Assembly: GCA_030754595.1 (NCBI GenBank)
Contig: JASLZZ010000039.1
Span: forward strand, 14,795 to 78,794
DNA: 64,000 nucleotides
Source: Nitrospinota bacterium
Lineage (GTDB): Bacteria > UBA8248
Reading direction: 5' to 3'
Shown: positions 1 to 9,960 of the stretch, one piece after another
Position numbering within the stretch: position 1 is the first letter of the stretch
Layout: the number at the start of each line of letters is the position of its first letter
The notes under the pieces: generated by a model
The model's database searches: none
Told to the model about the DNA's origin: nothing
What the model saw: the letters and a program-made list of their open reading frames with translations, nothing else
Program-made: the position numbers and the translations under genes

Positions 1-2
1 AT

Positions 3-359
3 CCTATCCCCAAACTCACCGTCGGCGGCGGGTTTGGAAAGCTGGCGAAGCTGGCGCAGGGGCATCTGGATCTGCACTCGGGGCGCTCCCAGGTGGATTT
101 CGACTGGCTGGCGGGGGAGGCCGCCAGCGCGGGAGCTTCGGAGGAGATTCGCCAAAAGGTGGCAAGGGCCAACACGGCGAATGAGGTTCTCGCGCTCGCG
201 TTGGCGGAAATAATCCCGCTGCCGGGCCGCGTCGCGGAACTCGGCAGGGAGTCGGCGCTGAAGGTTCTCGAAGGTGAGCCCATCTCGGTGGAGGTTTTGG
301 TCTTCGATCGCGAGGGGGCCCTGGTGGGCAGGTCCGGTCCCGGAGGAGCTACCCGGTGA
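3..359 (+). CDS. cbiD: cobalt-precorrin-5B C1-methyltransferase CbiD, C-terminal part (5' end outside window)
   Basis: Frame open from base 3: PIPKLTVGGGFGKLAKLAQGHLDLHSGRSQVDF...ANTANE...VFDREG, typical CbiD C-terminal motifs; stop overlaps the cobK start (GTGA). Confidence 0.9.
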   Translation, partial: PIPKLTVGGGFGKLAKLAQGHLDLHSGRSQVDFDWLAGEAASAGASEEIRQKVARANTANEVLALALAEIIPLPGRVAELGRESALKVLEGEPISVEVLVFDREGALVGRSGPGGATR

Positions 360-1099
360 GCGAATCGGTGAGAGCGGTTTTGATCCTCGGCGGGACGGGG
401 GAGGCCTTCAATCTGGCCGGAAGAATCGACGCTCTGCCCGGCTGGCGGCCCGTCACGAGCATGGCGGGGCGGACGAGGAGCCCGAGAATCCCCGCCGGTG
501 AGGTTGTTTTCGGCGGCTTCGGGGGAGTGGAGGGATTGGCCGAATTTTTAAAGGAGCGCGAAGTCTCTGCGGTGATCGATGCCACCCACCCTTTCGCCGA
601 GCAAATTACGCGGAACGCCGCCGAGGGATGCTCGGAGGCGGGGATTCCTCTTCTCCGGCTGGAGCGGCCTCCCTGGTCAGTGAAGGCGGGCTGGCGATGC
701 TTCCCGGACGCCGGCGCGGCCGCCCGTTTTTTTCGGGGCCGGGAGGAAAGGGTCTTAATCACCTCCGGGCGAAAGGAGCTGGGCGTGTTCGCGGGCTCCG
801 GCGCCTCGTTCTTTCTCGTTCGCACGGTAGATCCGATCCAGGACGGCCCGCCGCTTGAGAACTGCGAGCTTCTCGCCGCGCGCGGCCCGTTTACGGTGGC
901 GGGCGAGAAAAAAATCTTGTGCGATTACGGGATCACCTGGCTGGTCACAAAAAACAGCGGGGGAGAGGCGGGACTAAGCAAACTGATTGCCGCCGAGGAG
1001 GCGGGCGTCGGGGTCTGCGTCATCAACAGGCCGGCGCTGCCCGATTGCGAGCGGGTGGAGACTGCTCTGGAGGCGGCCCGGTGGCTGGAGCGTTTATGA
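356..1099 (+). CDS. cobK: precorrin-6A / cobalt-precorrin-6A reductase (CobK/CbiJ)
   Basis: VLILGGTGEA, GGFGGVEGL, VIDATHPFA, ARGPF, VTKNSGG motifs; cob context. Confidence 0.93.
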   Translation: MSESVRAVLILGGTGEAFNLAGRIDALPGWRPVTSMAGRTRSPRIPAGEVVFGGFGGVEGLAEFLKEREVSAVIDATHPFAEQITRNAAEGCSEAGIPLLRLERPPWSVKAGWRCFPDAGAAARFFRGREERVLITSGRKELGVFAGSGASFFLVRTVDPIQDGPPLENCELLAARGPFTVAGEKKILCDYGITWLVTKNSGGEAGLSKLIAAEEAGVGVCVINRPALPDCERVETALEAARWLERL

Positions 1100-1861
1100 C
1101 GGCTTTCTCCCCGTCCTGAAAATATGGCGGTGGGCGGGATCGTAGAGTGCGCTGTCCCTGAAATCGGTGTCCGAGAAAACCTCCCCGACGAATATCAGGG
1201 CGGTCCGCGTGATTTTGGCTTTCCGGACCTTTTCGCGGATCGTGGAAAGCGTTCCGCGGATGATTTTCTGATCCGGCCAGGAGGCCCGGTAGACGACCAC
1301 GGCGGGACAATCGGCCCCGTAGTGGGGGAGGAGCGCTTCCTCGATGTAAGCCAGGTTCCGGACAGAAAGATGAATCGCCAGCGTCGCCTTCGATTCCCCC
1401 AGTTTTTCGAGCGATTCGCCCTCGGGCATGGAGGAGGACTCCATCGCCGTCCGGGTGGCGATGAGGGTCTGGGTGACTCCCGGGAGGGTGAGCTCGCGCC
1501 TGAGTTCGGCGGCGGCGGCAGAGTAGGCCGTCACGCCGGGTGTAACGTCGTATTCGATTCCCATCGTGTCCAGTCGGCGCATCTGCTCGGCGATGGCGCC
1601 GTACAGGGCGGGGTCGCCCGAGTGCACGCGGGCGACGTCGAGGCCCTTTTCTTGCGCCCCGGCGATTTCCGCCATGATCTCGCTCAAATCCATCGAGGAG
1701 GTATCGATGACGGCCGCGTCCTCGGAGGCGAGTTCGGCCACCTCCCGGGGAACGAGCGAGCCGGCGTAGAGGCAGACCGGGCATTTTTCGATCAGACGAG
1801 CCCCCCTGAGGGTGAGCAGGTCGGGCGCTCCGGGGCCCGCGCCGATGAAGTGAACCTTCAC
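1094..1861 (-). CDS. cobM: precorrin-4 C11-methyltransferase (CobM/CbiF)
   Basis: VHFIGAGPGAPDLLTLRG, LYAGSLV, RVHSGDPALYGAIAEQ, RASWPDQ. Confidence 0.95.
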   Translation of the reverse strand: MKVHFIGAGPGAPDLLTLRGARLIEKCPVCLYAGSLVPREVAELASEDAAVIDTSSMDLSEIMAEIAGAQEKGLDVARVHSGDPALYGAIAEQMRRLDTMGIEYDVTPGVTAYSAAAAELRRELTLPGVTQTLIATRTAMESSSMPEGESLEKLGESKATLAIHLSVRNLAYIEEALLPHYGADCPAVVVYRASWPDQKIIRGTLSTIREKVRKAKITRTALIFVGEVFSDTDFRDSALYDPAHRHIFRTGRKPS

Positions 1862-3741
1862 GGCCCATTCCTCCTGCTTTCATCTTCTCCGTTTCCATCT
1901 TTGAGGCTGGGGCCGGAAAAGTTTTTTTGCGCGTACCCCCTCGGGGTGTAAACGCGGGGGGCGGAGTTTCCGTCTGGGCTGATCCGCGTTTCGGATGAGC
2001 CGACGAGCACCACCGAGAGCATGTCCACGCCCTCCGCGGTCAACTCCGAGAGTGCGGTGACCCGAATCTCCTCGCCCGACCGGCCCAGATTCCGCGCCAC
2101 GATGACCGGCGTCGCCGGCGGGCGGTGCTCCAGCAGGATTTCCCTCGCCCGCCCGAGCTGGGTTTTCCGCCGGGCGGAGACCGGGTTGTAGAAGGCGATG
2201 TTGAAGTCCCCCTCCGAGGCGGCGAGGATCCGCCGCTCGATGATCTCCCAAGGCGTCATCAGGTCGGACAGGGATATCGCGCAGAAGTCGTGGCCCATCG
2301 GGGCGCCCGCCCGCGCGGCGGCGGCCTGGAAGGCGGAGACGCCGGGAGAGACCTGAATGTGCAGTCCGCGCCACTCGGGATTGTCCTCCCGGTCGATCAA
2401 CTCGTAGACCAGCGAGGCCATCGCGTAGATGCCGGGGTCGCCCGAGCAGAGAAGGCCCACGCGCCGCCCTTCCCCGGCGAGGTCCAGAGCGGTCCGGACC
2501 CGCTTCTCCTCCTCCCCGAGCGCGTAGGGGTGGAGGTGTTTTCCCCGCGAAAGCGGCCCGGCCAGGTCGATGTAGAGTTGATACCCCACCAGATCAGTCG
2601 AACGGGCGAGAAGGTCCTCGGCCTCGGCGGTGCGCCACACCGAATCGCCGGGGCCCAGCCCGATGACAAAAAGCTCCCCGCGCGGCCGGCCTGGAAGTGG
2701 CTCGAGCCAGGGGCCTTCTTCGCGAATCCCGAGGGCGCAGGTGGCGCGGCGGCTTTTTTGTTTTTCGAGGGCGAACGCTTTTCCAGGACCAAGCGCAGTC
2801 CCCTCCGGCCCGAGGGCGGCGAGAACGGCGCCCTCGGCGACCCCGTGGCAGCCGGTTTCCGCGAAAACGACCTCGGAGGGGTTGGCGAGCCGCGGCGCCT
2901 GCCGCTCGAGAGCGGTAGCGGAGAAAAAACGGAGCGGAGCGCCAAACTCCTCGGCCAGAAGATGAAGAGCCGGCTCGTCGGCCTTGAGCGCGATGGAGAC
3001 AATCAGTCCGGCCGAGCGCGGATCGAGGCCGAGGGAATCGAGGGATCGGTGAACTAGCCCGGAGACTTCATCAGGCGCGCAGCCCCTTTCGCAACCGACC
3101 CCGATGACCACCTTTCGGGGATAGTAGACGAGCGTTTCGGGTCCGCTTTCCGTTTTCCGGATTTCCTCCCGGATGGAAAGCGGTCCATCGGCGGAAACGG
3201 GAAGGGACGCCTCCCGGAGCCAATCCGCACCGGACTCGATCCGGACTTTTTCTCCGGCCAAAAGGCGGGCCGTGAACGCCTTTGCCTTTTCGGGTTCGCC
3301 GAGGACGTAGCCCTCGGGCGGCTCGTCGAGAGCGGCTCCGAAGTGAACGTCCCCGGCGGTGGTGACCGCCGCCGTCCCGCACAGAAGCCCGGCGATCTCC
3401 CGCGCCCGCCGGTTCGCGCCCCGGTGGCCGCCCAGAAGGGGGACGGCGAACCTTCCGTTCTCGGACACTGCCACGACGCCGGGCTCCGAGGTTTTCTCCG
3501 AAAGCGCCGGCGCGAGGGCGCGGATTAAAATGGCGGCGGCGCAGACGCCGACGATCTCCCGGCCGCTCCGGTGAAGGCGGTAAAGGTGAGCGGCGGAGTT
3601 CTCGAAATAAACATCGGCGGCGGAAACCCGGCGCGAGAGACCGTGAATTTCGGCCCCCGGAATGGACGCGCGCAGTTTTTCCGCCGTTTCGCGGGCGCTC
3701 TCCGCGAGGACGAAGATGGCCGGGCCGCTCAGATTTTCCAT
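1858..3741 (-). CDS. cobJ: CbiG (cobalt-precorrin-5A hydrolase) - CobJ/CbiH (precorrin-3B C17-methyltransferase) fusion
   Basis: N-half VPLLGGHRGAN, GVGCERG, GCHGVAEGA (CbiG); C-half VIGLGPG, SGDPGIYAMA, HDFCAISLSDLMTPW, FYNP, YTPRGY (CobJ). Confidence 0.93.
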   Translation of the reverse strand: MENLSGPAIFVLAESARETAEKLRASIPGAEIHGLSRRVSAADVYFENSAAHLYRLHRSGREIVGVCAAAILIRALAPALSEKTSEPGVVAVSENGRFAVPLLGGHRGANRRAREIAGLLCGTAAVTTAGDVHFGAALDEPPEGYVLGEPEKAKAFTARLLAGEKVRIESGADWLREASLPVSADGPLSIREEIRKTESGPETLVYYPRKVVIGVGCERGCAPDEVSGLVHRSLDSLGLDPRSAGLIVSIALKADEPALHLLAEEFGAPLRFFSATALERQAPRLANPSEVVFAETGCHGVAEGAVLAALGPEGTALGPGKAFALEKQKSRRATCALGIREEGPWLEPLPGRPRGELFVIGLGPGDSVWRTAEAEDLLARSTDLVGYQLYIDLAGPLSRGKHLHPYALGEEEKRVRTALDLAGEGRRVGLLCSGDPGIYAMASLVYELIDREDNPEWRGLHIQVSPGVSAFQAAAARAGAPMGHDFCAISLSDLMTPWEIIERRILAASEGDFNIAFYNPVSARRKTQLGRAREILLEHRPPATPVIVARNLGRSGEEIRVTALSELTAEGVDMLSVVLVGSSETRISPDGNSAPRVYTPRGYAQKNFSGPSLKDGNGEDESRRNGP

Positions 3742-4460
3742 GCATCACCGCGCTTGTGAACCAGGATCATCGAAAAATAAGGAACCTGTCCGGGGTCCAC
3801 CTCCTCCAGGGAGAGAATGCGCTCTGACTCGAGCGTGGCGCACTCGATGTAGCGAGACTGCGACAGCAGGCCGGAGGCCGCGAGGATGTCCCGGATTTTT
3901 TCGAAATGGTTGCCTACCTTGATGATCACGGCGGCGTCCGCGGCAGCGAGCCGGGTCTCGAGCTCCTCCGCCGGGAGGGGACCGGGCAGGACGGTCAGGG
4001 TGTCGTTCCGGGAGGCGAGGGCGGCGCCCATGGACGCGCCGCTGGCCATGATGGAGGAGACGCCGGGAACGACCTCCACCCGGAAATCGTCCGCCATCCG
4101 CGAATAGAGATACATAAAAGAGCCGTAGAAGAAAGGATCGCCCTGGCAAAGAAAGGCAACATCGCGCCCCGCCTTCAGATGCGCGGCCAGCTTCCCGCTC
4201 GTCCGATCGTATACCTCATGGGACGGGAGCCTGTCGGCGCGCATCGGCATCCGGACCAGGATTTCCTCCTTTCCGGCGCCGTCGAGGTAGGGCGCGACGA
4301 TTCGCCGCGCAAAACTCTCTCCCTCGTTGGGGGCAAGGAAGGCGACCACGGGAGTGGACAGCAGAAGGCGGTGCGCCTTCAGGGTGAGAAGCTCGGGGTC
4401 TCCCGGTCCGACGCCGATGCCGTAGAGGGTGCCGAAACCGTTTGGGGCGGAAGAAGTCAT
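3729..4460 (-). CDS. cobI: precorrin-2 C20-methyltransferase (CobI/CbiL)
   Basis: LYGIGVGPGDPELLTLKA, GDPFFYGSF, PGVSS, PYFS. Confidence 0.93.
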   Translation of the reverse strand: MTSSAPNGFGTLYGIGVGPGDPELLTLKAHRLLLSTPVVAFLAPNEGESFARRIVAPYLDGAGKEEILVRMPMRADRLPSHEVYDRTSGKLAAHLKAGRDVAFLCQGDPFFYGSFMYLYSRMADDFRVEVVPGVSSIMASGASMGAALASRNDTLTVLPGPLPAEELETRLAAADAAVIIKVGNHFEKIRDILAASGLLSQSRYIECATLESERILSLEEVDPGQVPYFSMILVHKRGDAWKI

Positions 4461-5716
4461 GGCTTGGCGATCCGGAGCTGGGTGATCGGAGTGCCCGGCC
4501 GCCAGCCGTGAAGGAGGCCGGTGGTATGAAGGCGGCTCACCTGAAGCCGGACGAGATCGCCGCCGTGGGCGCTAAAAAACCGTTGTAGCGCGGCCTCGCC
4601 CTCGAGGGTGACGGCGTTGGCCACGAGCCGCCCGCCCGGTTTGAGCCGCGGCCAGCAGCTTTCAATCAGGCTCTCATCGCGCAATCCCCCGCCGATGAAA
4701 ACGGCGTCCGGATCGGAAAGTTCCGTCAGGCAGCCTGGCGCCTCCCCGTGAACGGCCCGGAGGCGGGGGGCGCCGAGCGCCTCGGCGTTGGCCCGCAGGT
4801 TCTCCAGCCGGGCCTTCGATTTTTCGACGGCGACTGCCTCAAGGGAGGGTTCGGCGCGGAGCCATTCAATCGATACCGAGCCGGAGCCCGCGCCAACGTC
4901 CCAGAGCAGATCTCCCGGTTTGGGCATTAGAGCCGCCAGCGTCAGAATCCGAATCTCCCGTTTTGTGATCTGGCCGTCGTGGCGGAAGTGTCCTTCCTCG
5001 AGGCCGGGAAGCAAATGGCCGGAGAGCCCTTGTCCCTCGGCGGCGAGTTCGACGGCTACGGTGTTCAGGTCCTGTATCCGGTCCTCCGAGTGAGCCGAGG
5101 CCAGCTCCCGCGCGGTCAGGATGACATGGGTTTCGCCCTGTCCGCCGAGGTGCGAAAAAACATGGAGAATCGATCCGCCGTATCCCTCCGCCTCGAGAAG
5201 GCCGGCGATTTCCTCCGGTGAATTCCGGTTGGCGGTCAGGATGGCGAGGCGGGCCTTGTCCACCAGATGAGGCAGGAGGGAGCGGAGCGGCCTTCCGTGC
5301 AGGGAGATCGCCCGGACGCCCGGCAGGGACCAGCCCAGCCGGGAGAGCGCCAGGTTAAAAGAGGAGGGAGCAGGGTAGACTTTCATCTCCTCAATCGGAA
5401 TCTTTTCGACGAGCAGCGCCCCGATTCCGAAAAAGAAAGGGTCCCCCGTGGTCAGGACGCAAAGCTTCTTTCCCCGGTAGCCGGGAATTTGATCGATGAG
5501 GTCCTGGAGGGGAGAGGGCCAGGGAACCCTGGGGCGTCCGTCCTCGGGAAGAAAGGCGAGATGGCGCTCCCCGCCGATGAACATTTCCGCCTCCGAGATG
5601 GCCTCTCTCGCGCTTTTTCCGATTCCCTCGATTCCGTCGACACCGATGCCGACGAGACTCAGCCAGGGCGCTTCGGAAGTTTTTTCTATCGGCGATGCCG
5701 TCTCCTGTGCCGTCAT
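4457..5716 (-). CDS. cobL: precorrin-6Y C5,15-methyltransferase, decarboxylating (CobL, CbiE-CbiT fusion)
   Basis: GGERHL, GDPFFFGIG, SLHGR; GQITKRE, WDVGAGSGSV, DAVFIGGG, LVANAVTLE. Confidence 0.93.
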   Translation of the reverse strand: MTAQETASPIEKTSEAPWLSLVGIGVDGIEGIGKSAREAISEAEMFIGGERHLAFLPEDGRPRVPWPSPLQDLIDQIPGYRGKKLCVLTTGDPFFFGIGALLVEKIPIEEMKVYPAPSSFNLALSRLGWSLPGVRAISLHGRPLRSLLPHLVDKARLAILTANRNSPEEIAGLLEAEGYGGSILHVFSHLGGQGETHVILTARELASAHSEDRIQDLNTVAVELAAEGQGLSGHLLPGLEEGHFRHDGQITKREIRILTLAALMPKPGDLLWDVGAGSGSVSIEWLRAEPSLEAVAVEKSKARLENLRANAEALGAPRLRAVHGEAPGCLTELSDPDAVFIGGGLRDESLIESCWPRLKPGGRLVANAVTLEGEAALQRFFSAHGGDLVRLQVSRLHTTGLLHGWRPGTPITQLRIAKP

Positions 5717-6366
5717 TTTTCCGCGCCTGCCGGGCGGCGGCCGACCTCGCGGGCAAGCGCGTTCAGCGCCGCCGCCGCGATAGCGCTACCCCCCCGCCTC
5801 CCGGTCAGGGTAATGAAGGGAACGCCGCCGCCCCGGGCGATTAAGGCCTCCTTCGATTCGGCCGCCCCGACGAACCCGACTGGAAAGCCGAGTATCAGCG
5901 CCGGGGGGGGGAGTCCCTCGTCCATCATTTCAAGAAGCCGGAACAGTGCCGTGGGAGCGTTCCCGATGACTACGGCTGAGCCCGGGAGAAGATCGGCGCA
6001 AAGCGCCATTCCTGCGGCGGATCGGGTATTGCCGATGGCACGGGCGTGGCTCGAGGTATCCTTCGCGGATAGCGGGCAAATCACCCGGTTTTCGGCGGGG
6101 AGAAACCGCCTGGTTATTCCTCTCTCGACCATTTCGCTGTCGCACACGACCGGGGCTCCGCTCTTGAGGGCGAGGACACCGGCCTCGGCGGCGCCTCCGG
6201 ACGCCTTGATCGAGGGAACGATGTCCACCATCCCGCAGGCGTGGATCATCCGTGTGATCACGGCGCACATCGCCTCGCCGTGGCCGGAGAGATCCACCTC
6301 GGCTCCGATGATGGAGAGCGAGTTTTCGAAAATCTCCTCCGGGTCGCGGCAATAATCAATCGTCAT
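5713..6366 (-). CDS. cobH: precorrin-8X methylmutase (CobH/CbiC)
   Basis: RMIHACG, TRSAAG, IGNAPTAL, PVGFVGAAESK, GRRGGS. Confidence 0.95.
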   Translation of the reverse strand: MTIDYCRDPEEIFENSLSIIGAEVDLSGHGEAMCAVITRMIHACGMVDIVPSIKASGGAAEAGVLALKSGAPVVCDSEMVERGITRRFLPAENRVICPLSAKDTSSHARAIGNTRSAAGMALCADLLPGSAVVIGNAPTALFRLLEMMDEGLPPPALILGFPVGFVGAAESKEALIARGGGVPFITLTGRRGGSAIAAAALNALAREVGRRPAGAEK

Positions 6367-6380
6367 TCGGTCTGCCTCGG

Positions 6381-7433
6381 CTAGTCCTTCATGCTCTTGG
6401 GGCCCAGCGGGTGATCAGCATGGGGGTAGGGGTGATGATGGTGGCCATGAGCATGGTCACCATCATGGCCGTGCTCCTCGTCGTGATCATGGTCGTGGTC
6501 ATGCCCGTGCGCGGGAGCATGGTGGTGATGTCCTCCGTCGGACTTCTCCGGTACGCCGGTCCCGATGCCCTCGACGTGGTGGTGGTGGCTCTCCTGAATC
6601 TCTCCGACCTGATCTTCGAACCCCAGGAACTGCTCGCGGTACTTGCAGAGTTGGCAGTTCATGTTGTTCACGCCGTCGAGAATTTCCTGAACGCGGTCGG
6701 CGAAACTGTCCAGAACAAGGGGATGGTCGTTGAGATAACCGGCCTTGATGAATTCGATTTCGGGATGGCGCGCTGCGACGCGGTCGGTGTGGTCGTAGAT
6801 GCGCTGGACCAAAATCCCGGTGAAAAGAAAATAAGGGAAAACAATGATTCGCTTGTATCCGAGTTTCGCTGCCTGCTCCAGGCCCGGTTCGACGAGCGGG
6901 AACGTCACGCCCGAATAGCACACCTCCCCCCAGCCGAAACCCAGGCCCTCCCACAGCATGCGCATCACTTTGGAAACATTGGAGTTAGCGTCCGGGTCCG
7001 AGGCGCCCCTCCCCGCCACCACCAGCAAGGTCTCGTGCCTCGAGACGCCCGGCGAGGCCTTTTGAACGGCCTCCTCGATTCGAGCGCCAGCCGCCCGGAT
7101 CAACTTCAGGTCGATTCCGAGTTCGCGGCCGTAATCGATCCGGATTCCCTCGTGAGTGGCCTGGTAGCGGTTCAGGACGGAGGGGATATCGTTTTTCGCG
7201 TGTCCGGCGGCGAAAAGCATCCCCGGAACGGCGAGAACGCGGTCCACCCCTTTTTCGATCAAGGCGTCGAGCCCGTCGCGGATGATCGGGGTGGCGAACT
7301 CGAGAAATCCCCATTCAGTGTCCATATGAGGAATTCTTTCCCTGAGGCCCTCGGCCACGGATTGAAATTCGACAACGGCCCGCTCGTCCCGGCTGCCGTG
7401 GCCGCAAACCATCACCCCCAGTTTCTCGCTCAT
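6381..7433 (-). CDS. cbiX: sirohydrochlorin cobaltochelatase CbiX (long form) with MxCxxC motif and His-rich tail
   Basis: GHGSRD, FLEF, AAGHAKNDIP, second domain GRGASD/PYFLF, MNCQLCKYR, long His/Asp-rich C-terminus. Confidence 0.92.
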   Translation of the reverse strand: MSEKLGVMVCGHGSRDERAVVEFQSVAEGLRERIPHMDTEWGFLEFATPIIRDGLDALIEKGVDRVLAVPGMLFAAGHAKNDIPSVLNRYQATHEGIRIDYGRELGIDLKLIRAAGARIEEAVQKASPGVSRHETLLVVAGRGASDPDANSNVSKVMRMLWEGLGFGWGEVCYSGVTFPLVEPGLEQAAKLGYKRIIVFPYFLFTGILVQRIYDHTDRVAARHPEIEFIKAGYLNDHPLVLDSFADRVQEILDGVNNMNCQLCKYREQFLGFEDQVGEIQESHHHHVEGIGTGVPEKSDGGHHHHAPAHGHDHDHDHDEEHGHDGDHAHGHHHHPYPHADHPLGPKSMKD

Positions 7434-7472
7434 TTTCGCTTTGCCCTTTATGCTGTAAAAAATCGTATTGGA

Positions 7473-8069
7473 TTAAAACTCAACTCCCTTTTGCGCCTTG
7501 ATGCCGGCGCGGTAGGGGTGCTTGACCATTTTCATCTCGGTCACGAGGTCGGCCAGTTCGATCAATTCGTCCTTCGCCCCCCGGCCGGTGAGGACGACGT
7601 GGAGCATCTCCCGTTTGTTGTTAAGCGCCTCGATAACCACATCCAGTTGAAGCTGACCCAGCCGGACGGCCACGTTGATCTCGTCGAGAACGACCATTCC
7701 GATGTCGGGGCGGTCCATCAGTTCCCGTGATCTCTCCCACGCCTTCTCGGCTGCCCGCCGGTCAAGGTCCTGGTCCTGGGTGATCCAGGAAAAACCCTCG
7801 CCCATCCGGTGCCACTCCACCGCGTCCCCGAAGGATTTGAACACCTCGGTCTCGCCGGAGGGTATTGAGCCCTTCACGAACTGAACGACCCCGGCCCGGA
7901 GGCCGTGGTGAACGGCGCGGAGGAGCATCCCGAAGGCGGCGGTGCTTTTTCCTTTTCCGGAGCCCGTGTGGACAATGATCAGCCCTTTCTCCCCGGTGGC
8001 GGCCGCCTGGCGCTTCTCGTAGGATTTATTGATGCGTTCGGCTTTTTCCTTATAATTTTCATCGCTCAT
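7473..8069 (-). CDS. cobO: cob(I)alamin adenosyltransferase (CobO/BtuR)
   Basis: GLIIVHTGSGKGKSTAAFG, VQFVKG, LDEIN, TGRGA, KHPY...AQKGVEF. Confidence 0.95.
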   Translation of the reverse strand: MSDENYKEKAERINKSYEKRQAAATGEKGLIIVHTGSGKGKSTAAFGMLLRAVHHGLRAGVVQFVKGSIPSGETEVFKSFGDAVEWHRMGEGFSWITQDQDLDRRAAEKAWERSRELMDRPDIGMVVLDEINVAVRLGQLQLDVVIEALNNKREMLHVVLTGRGAKDELIELADLVTEMKMVKHPYRAGIKAQKGVEF

Positions 8070-8109
8070 GGCGAAGTCTCCGCTTTAATGGTTTCACCGG
8101 CCGCCCACG

Positions 8110-9960
8110 CTAGGCGGCGTCCAGGAGCCGCCTGATTTTTCCGGGCCGCAGTTCCTCGAGCGATACGCAGGGGAAGTCCCAGCGGTTTGCCCAATTCCGC
8201 ATCATTCCCAAGCGGGTATATCCCTCTTCGGTATCGACGAGAAGAAGGTTCGCCCCCGTCCGTCCGAAGTGGTGGAGTTCTCTCTCCGCCGATTGGACGG
8301 GGGGCGAGCCGCCGAGGCCCGCTGTCGGGCGTCCGTCCGAGACGAGAATGATCGAAGACACAAGGCCCGGCCGCCTTCGGCAGGAGAGGGCGAGCGTCTC
8401 GCGGGCCAGCCGAAGACCCTGGGCGAGCGGGGTTTTTCCGCCCACCGGAAGATGGCGGATTCTCTCCTGGACCCGGCGGACGCTTCGCGTGGGCGGAAGG
8501 GCGAGGCGCGCCTCCCGTCCCTGAAGGACGATCAGGCCCACCTCGTCGCGTTTCTGGTAAGCCTCGTCCAGAAGTCCCAGCAGCACCCCCTTCGTCGCCT
8601 CCATCCGGCGGCGCGCGCCCATCGAGCGGCTGGCGTCGAGGACGAAAAGAAAAAGGCGGCGATAGGAGGGTTTTCGTATCTTGGCCCTGAAATCCTCGGG
8701 GCGAATCCTGAGCACAGTATCGCCCGGAATTTCTTTTTCTCCCCGTAGAGCGGCTGCGCGCAGGGTGGCGTCGAGGGCAAGGTCCGGCCCTTTTTCCCTG
8801 ATTATCCGGGCGCGGACATAGGGCCCTTGCCGGGAGCCGGACTGCTCAGTCCCTACACTGCCGCCCGGGCTGGTTTGCCGGCGGTTCGCGCTGGCTTCCG
8901 GCTTGGGGATGTGAAGGGAGTCCTCCGGCCGGGGTTGGAACTGGCTGAGGCCGTCCTGGGGCCGGGGGTTTGAGTTCTCGGGACGCTCCTTGGGACGGGG
9001 CGGTGGAGGCGGCGGCGGTGGAGGCGGCTCCGGCGGGTCGCACCTGCGGTGGGCCAGCGCGAACTCCATCACGCGTTCGACATCCTCCGCCCCTGCGGTG
9101 GATTGCTCTTCCCAGGCAGCGTGGGCCATCGCGGCCTTTCGGATGATGATGTCGGCCCGCATTCCTTCGACATGCTCCCGGCAGCAGAGCAAGGAGATCT
9201 CCGACGCGGTTTCATCCGGTATCCGGACCTCGGGGAGAATCGCTCTTGCCCGGAGAACCCGCTCCCCGAGGGCCGTCTGCTCCCCGGCCCATTCGCGGGC
9301 GAATCCCGCCGGATCGGCCTCGAAGGCAATCGCTCTCCGGACGACCTCGCTCCGCTCCGCCGGGTCGGCGAGGTTGTGCACTCCCACCGAGAGGCCGAAG
9401 CGGTCAAGGAGTTGCGGGCGAAGCTCGCCCTCCTCGGGGTTCATCGTTCCGACCAGGATGAATCGCGCCGGATGATGAACGGAGATTCCCTCACGCTCGA
9501 CCCGGTTAACCCCGCTCACGGCGACATCGAGCAAAATGTCCACCAGGTGATCGGGAAGGAGGTTCACTTCATCTACATAAAGGATGCCGCCGTTGACCCG
9601 CGCGAGGAGGCCAGGGTCGAATTGTTTTTCTCCCCGCCGGATGGCTTTTTCGAGATCGATGGTGCCGAGGACGCGGTCCTCGGTCGCGCCGAGGGGAAGC
9701 GAGACGAAGGGGGTGGGCATCTCCCCGATCTGGACGTCCTCGCACTCTTCGCAGAGATCCTCCGGGGCGCAGGAGTAGGGGCAGTTGCCGTTGCCCCGGA
9801 TCGGCGGGAGGAGATCGGCCAGCCCGCGGGAGGCGCTGGATTTGCCCGAGCCCTTGACGCCCGAGATCAGAACCCCGCCGATGTTCGGATTCACCCCGTT
9901 CAGGATGAGGGCGAGCTTCATCCGCTCCTGGCCCACGATGGCGGAAAACGGATAGTGCAT
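8110..9960 (-). CDS. ChlI/ChlD-type chelatase AAA+ ATPase with poly-Pro linker and C-terminal VWA domain (probable CobN partner)
   Basis: YPFSAIVGQ, Walker A GVKGSGKS, YVDEVNLL, GTMNPEEGELRPQLLDRF, poly-proline linker, MIDAS DASRSM, GGKTPL, SDGR; abuts the cobN stop. Confidence 0.9.
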   Translation of the reverse strand: MHYPFSAIVGQERMKLALILNGVNPNIGGVLISGVKGSGKSSASRGLADLLPPIRGNGNCPYSCAPEDLCEECEDVQIGEMPTPFVSLPLGATEDRVLGTIDLEKAIRRGEKQFDPGLLARVNGGILYVDEVNLLPDHLVDILLDVAVSGVNRVEREGISVHHPARFILVGTMNPEEGELRPQLLDRFGLSVGVHNLADPAERSEVVRRAIAFEADPAGFAREWAGEQTALGERVLRARAILPEVRIPDETASEISLLCCREHVEGMRADIIIRKAAMAHAAWEEQSTAGAEDVERVMEFALAHRRCDPPEPPPPPPPPPPRPKERPENSNPRPQDGLSQFQPRPEDSLHIPKPEASANRRQTSPGGSVGTEQSGSRQGPYVRARIIREKGPDLALDATLRAAALRGEKEIPGDTVLRIRPEDFRAKIRKPSYRRLFLFVLDASRSMGARRRMEATKGVLLGLLDEAYQKRDEVGLIVLQGREARLALPPTRSVRRVQERIRHLPVGGKTPLAQGLRLARETLALSCRRRPGLVSSIILVSDGRPTAGLGGSPPVQSAERELHHFGRTGANLLLVDTEEGYTRLGMMRNWANRWDFPCVSLEELRPGKIRRLLDAA

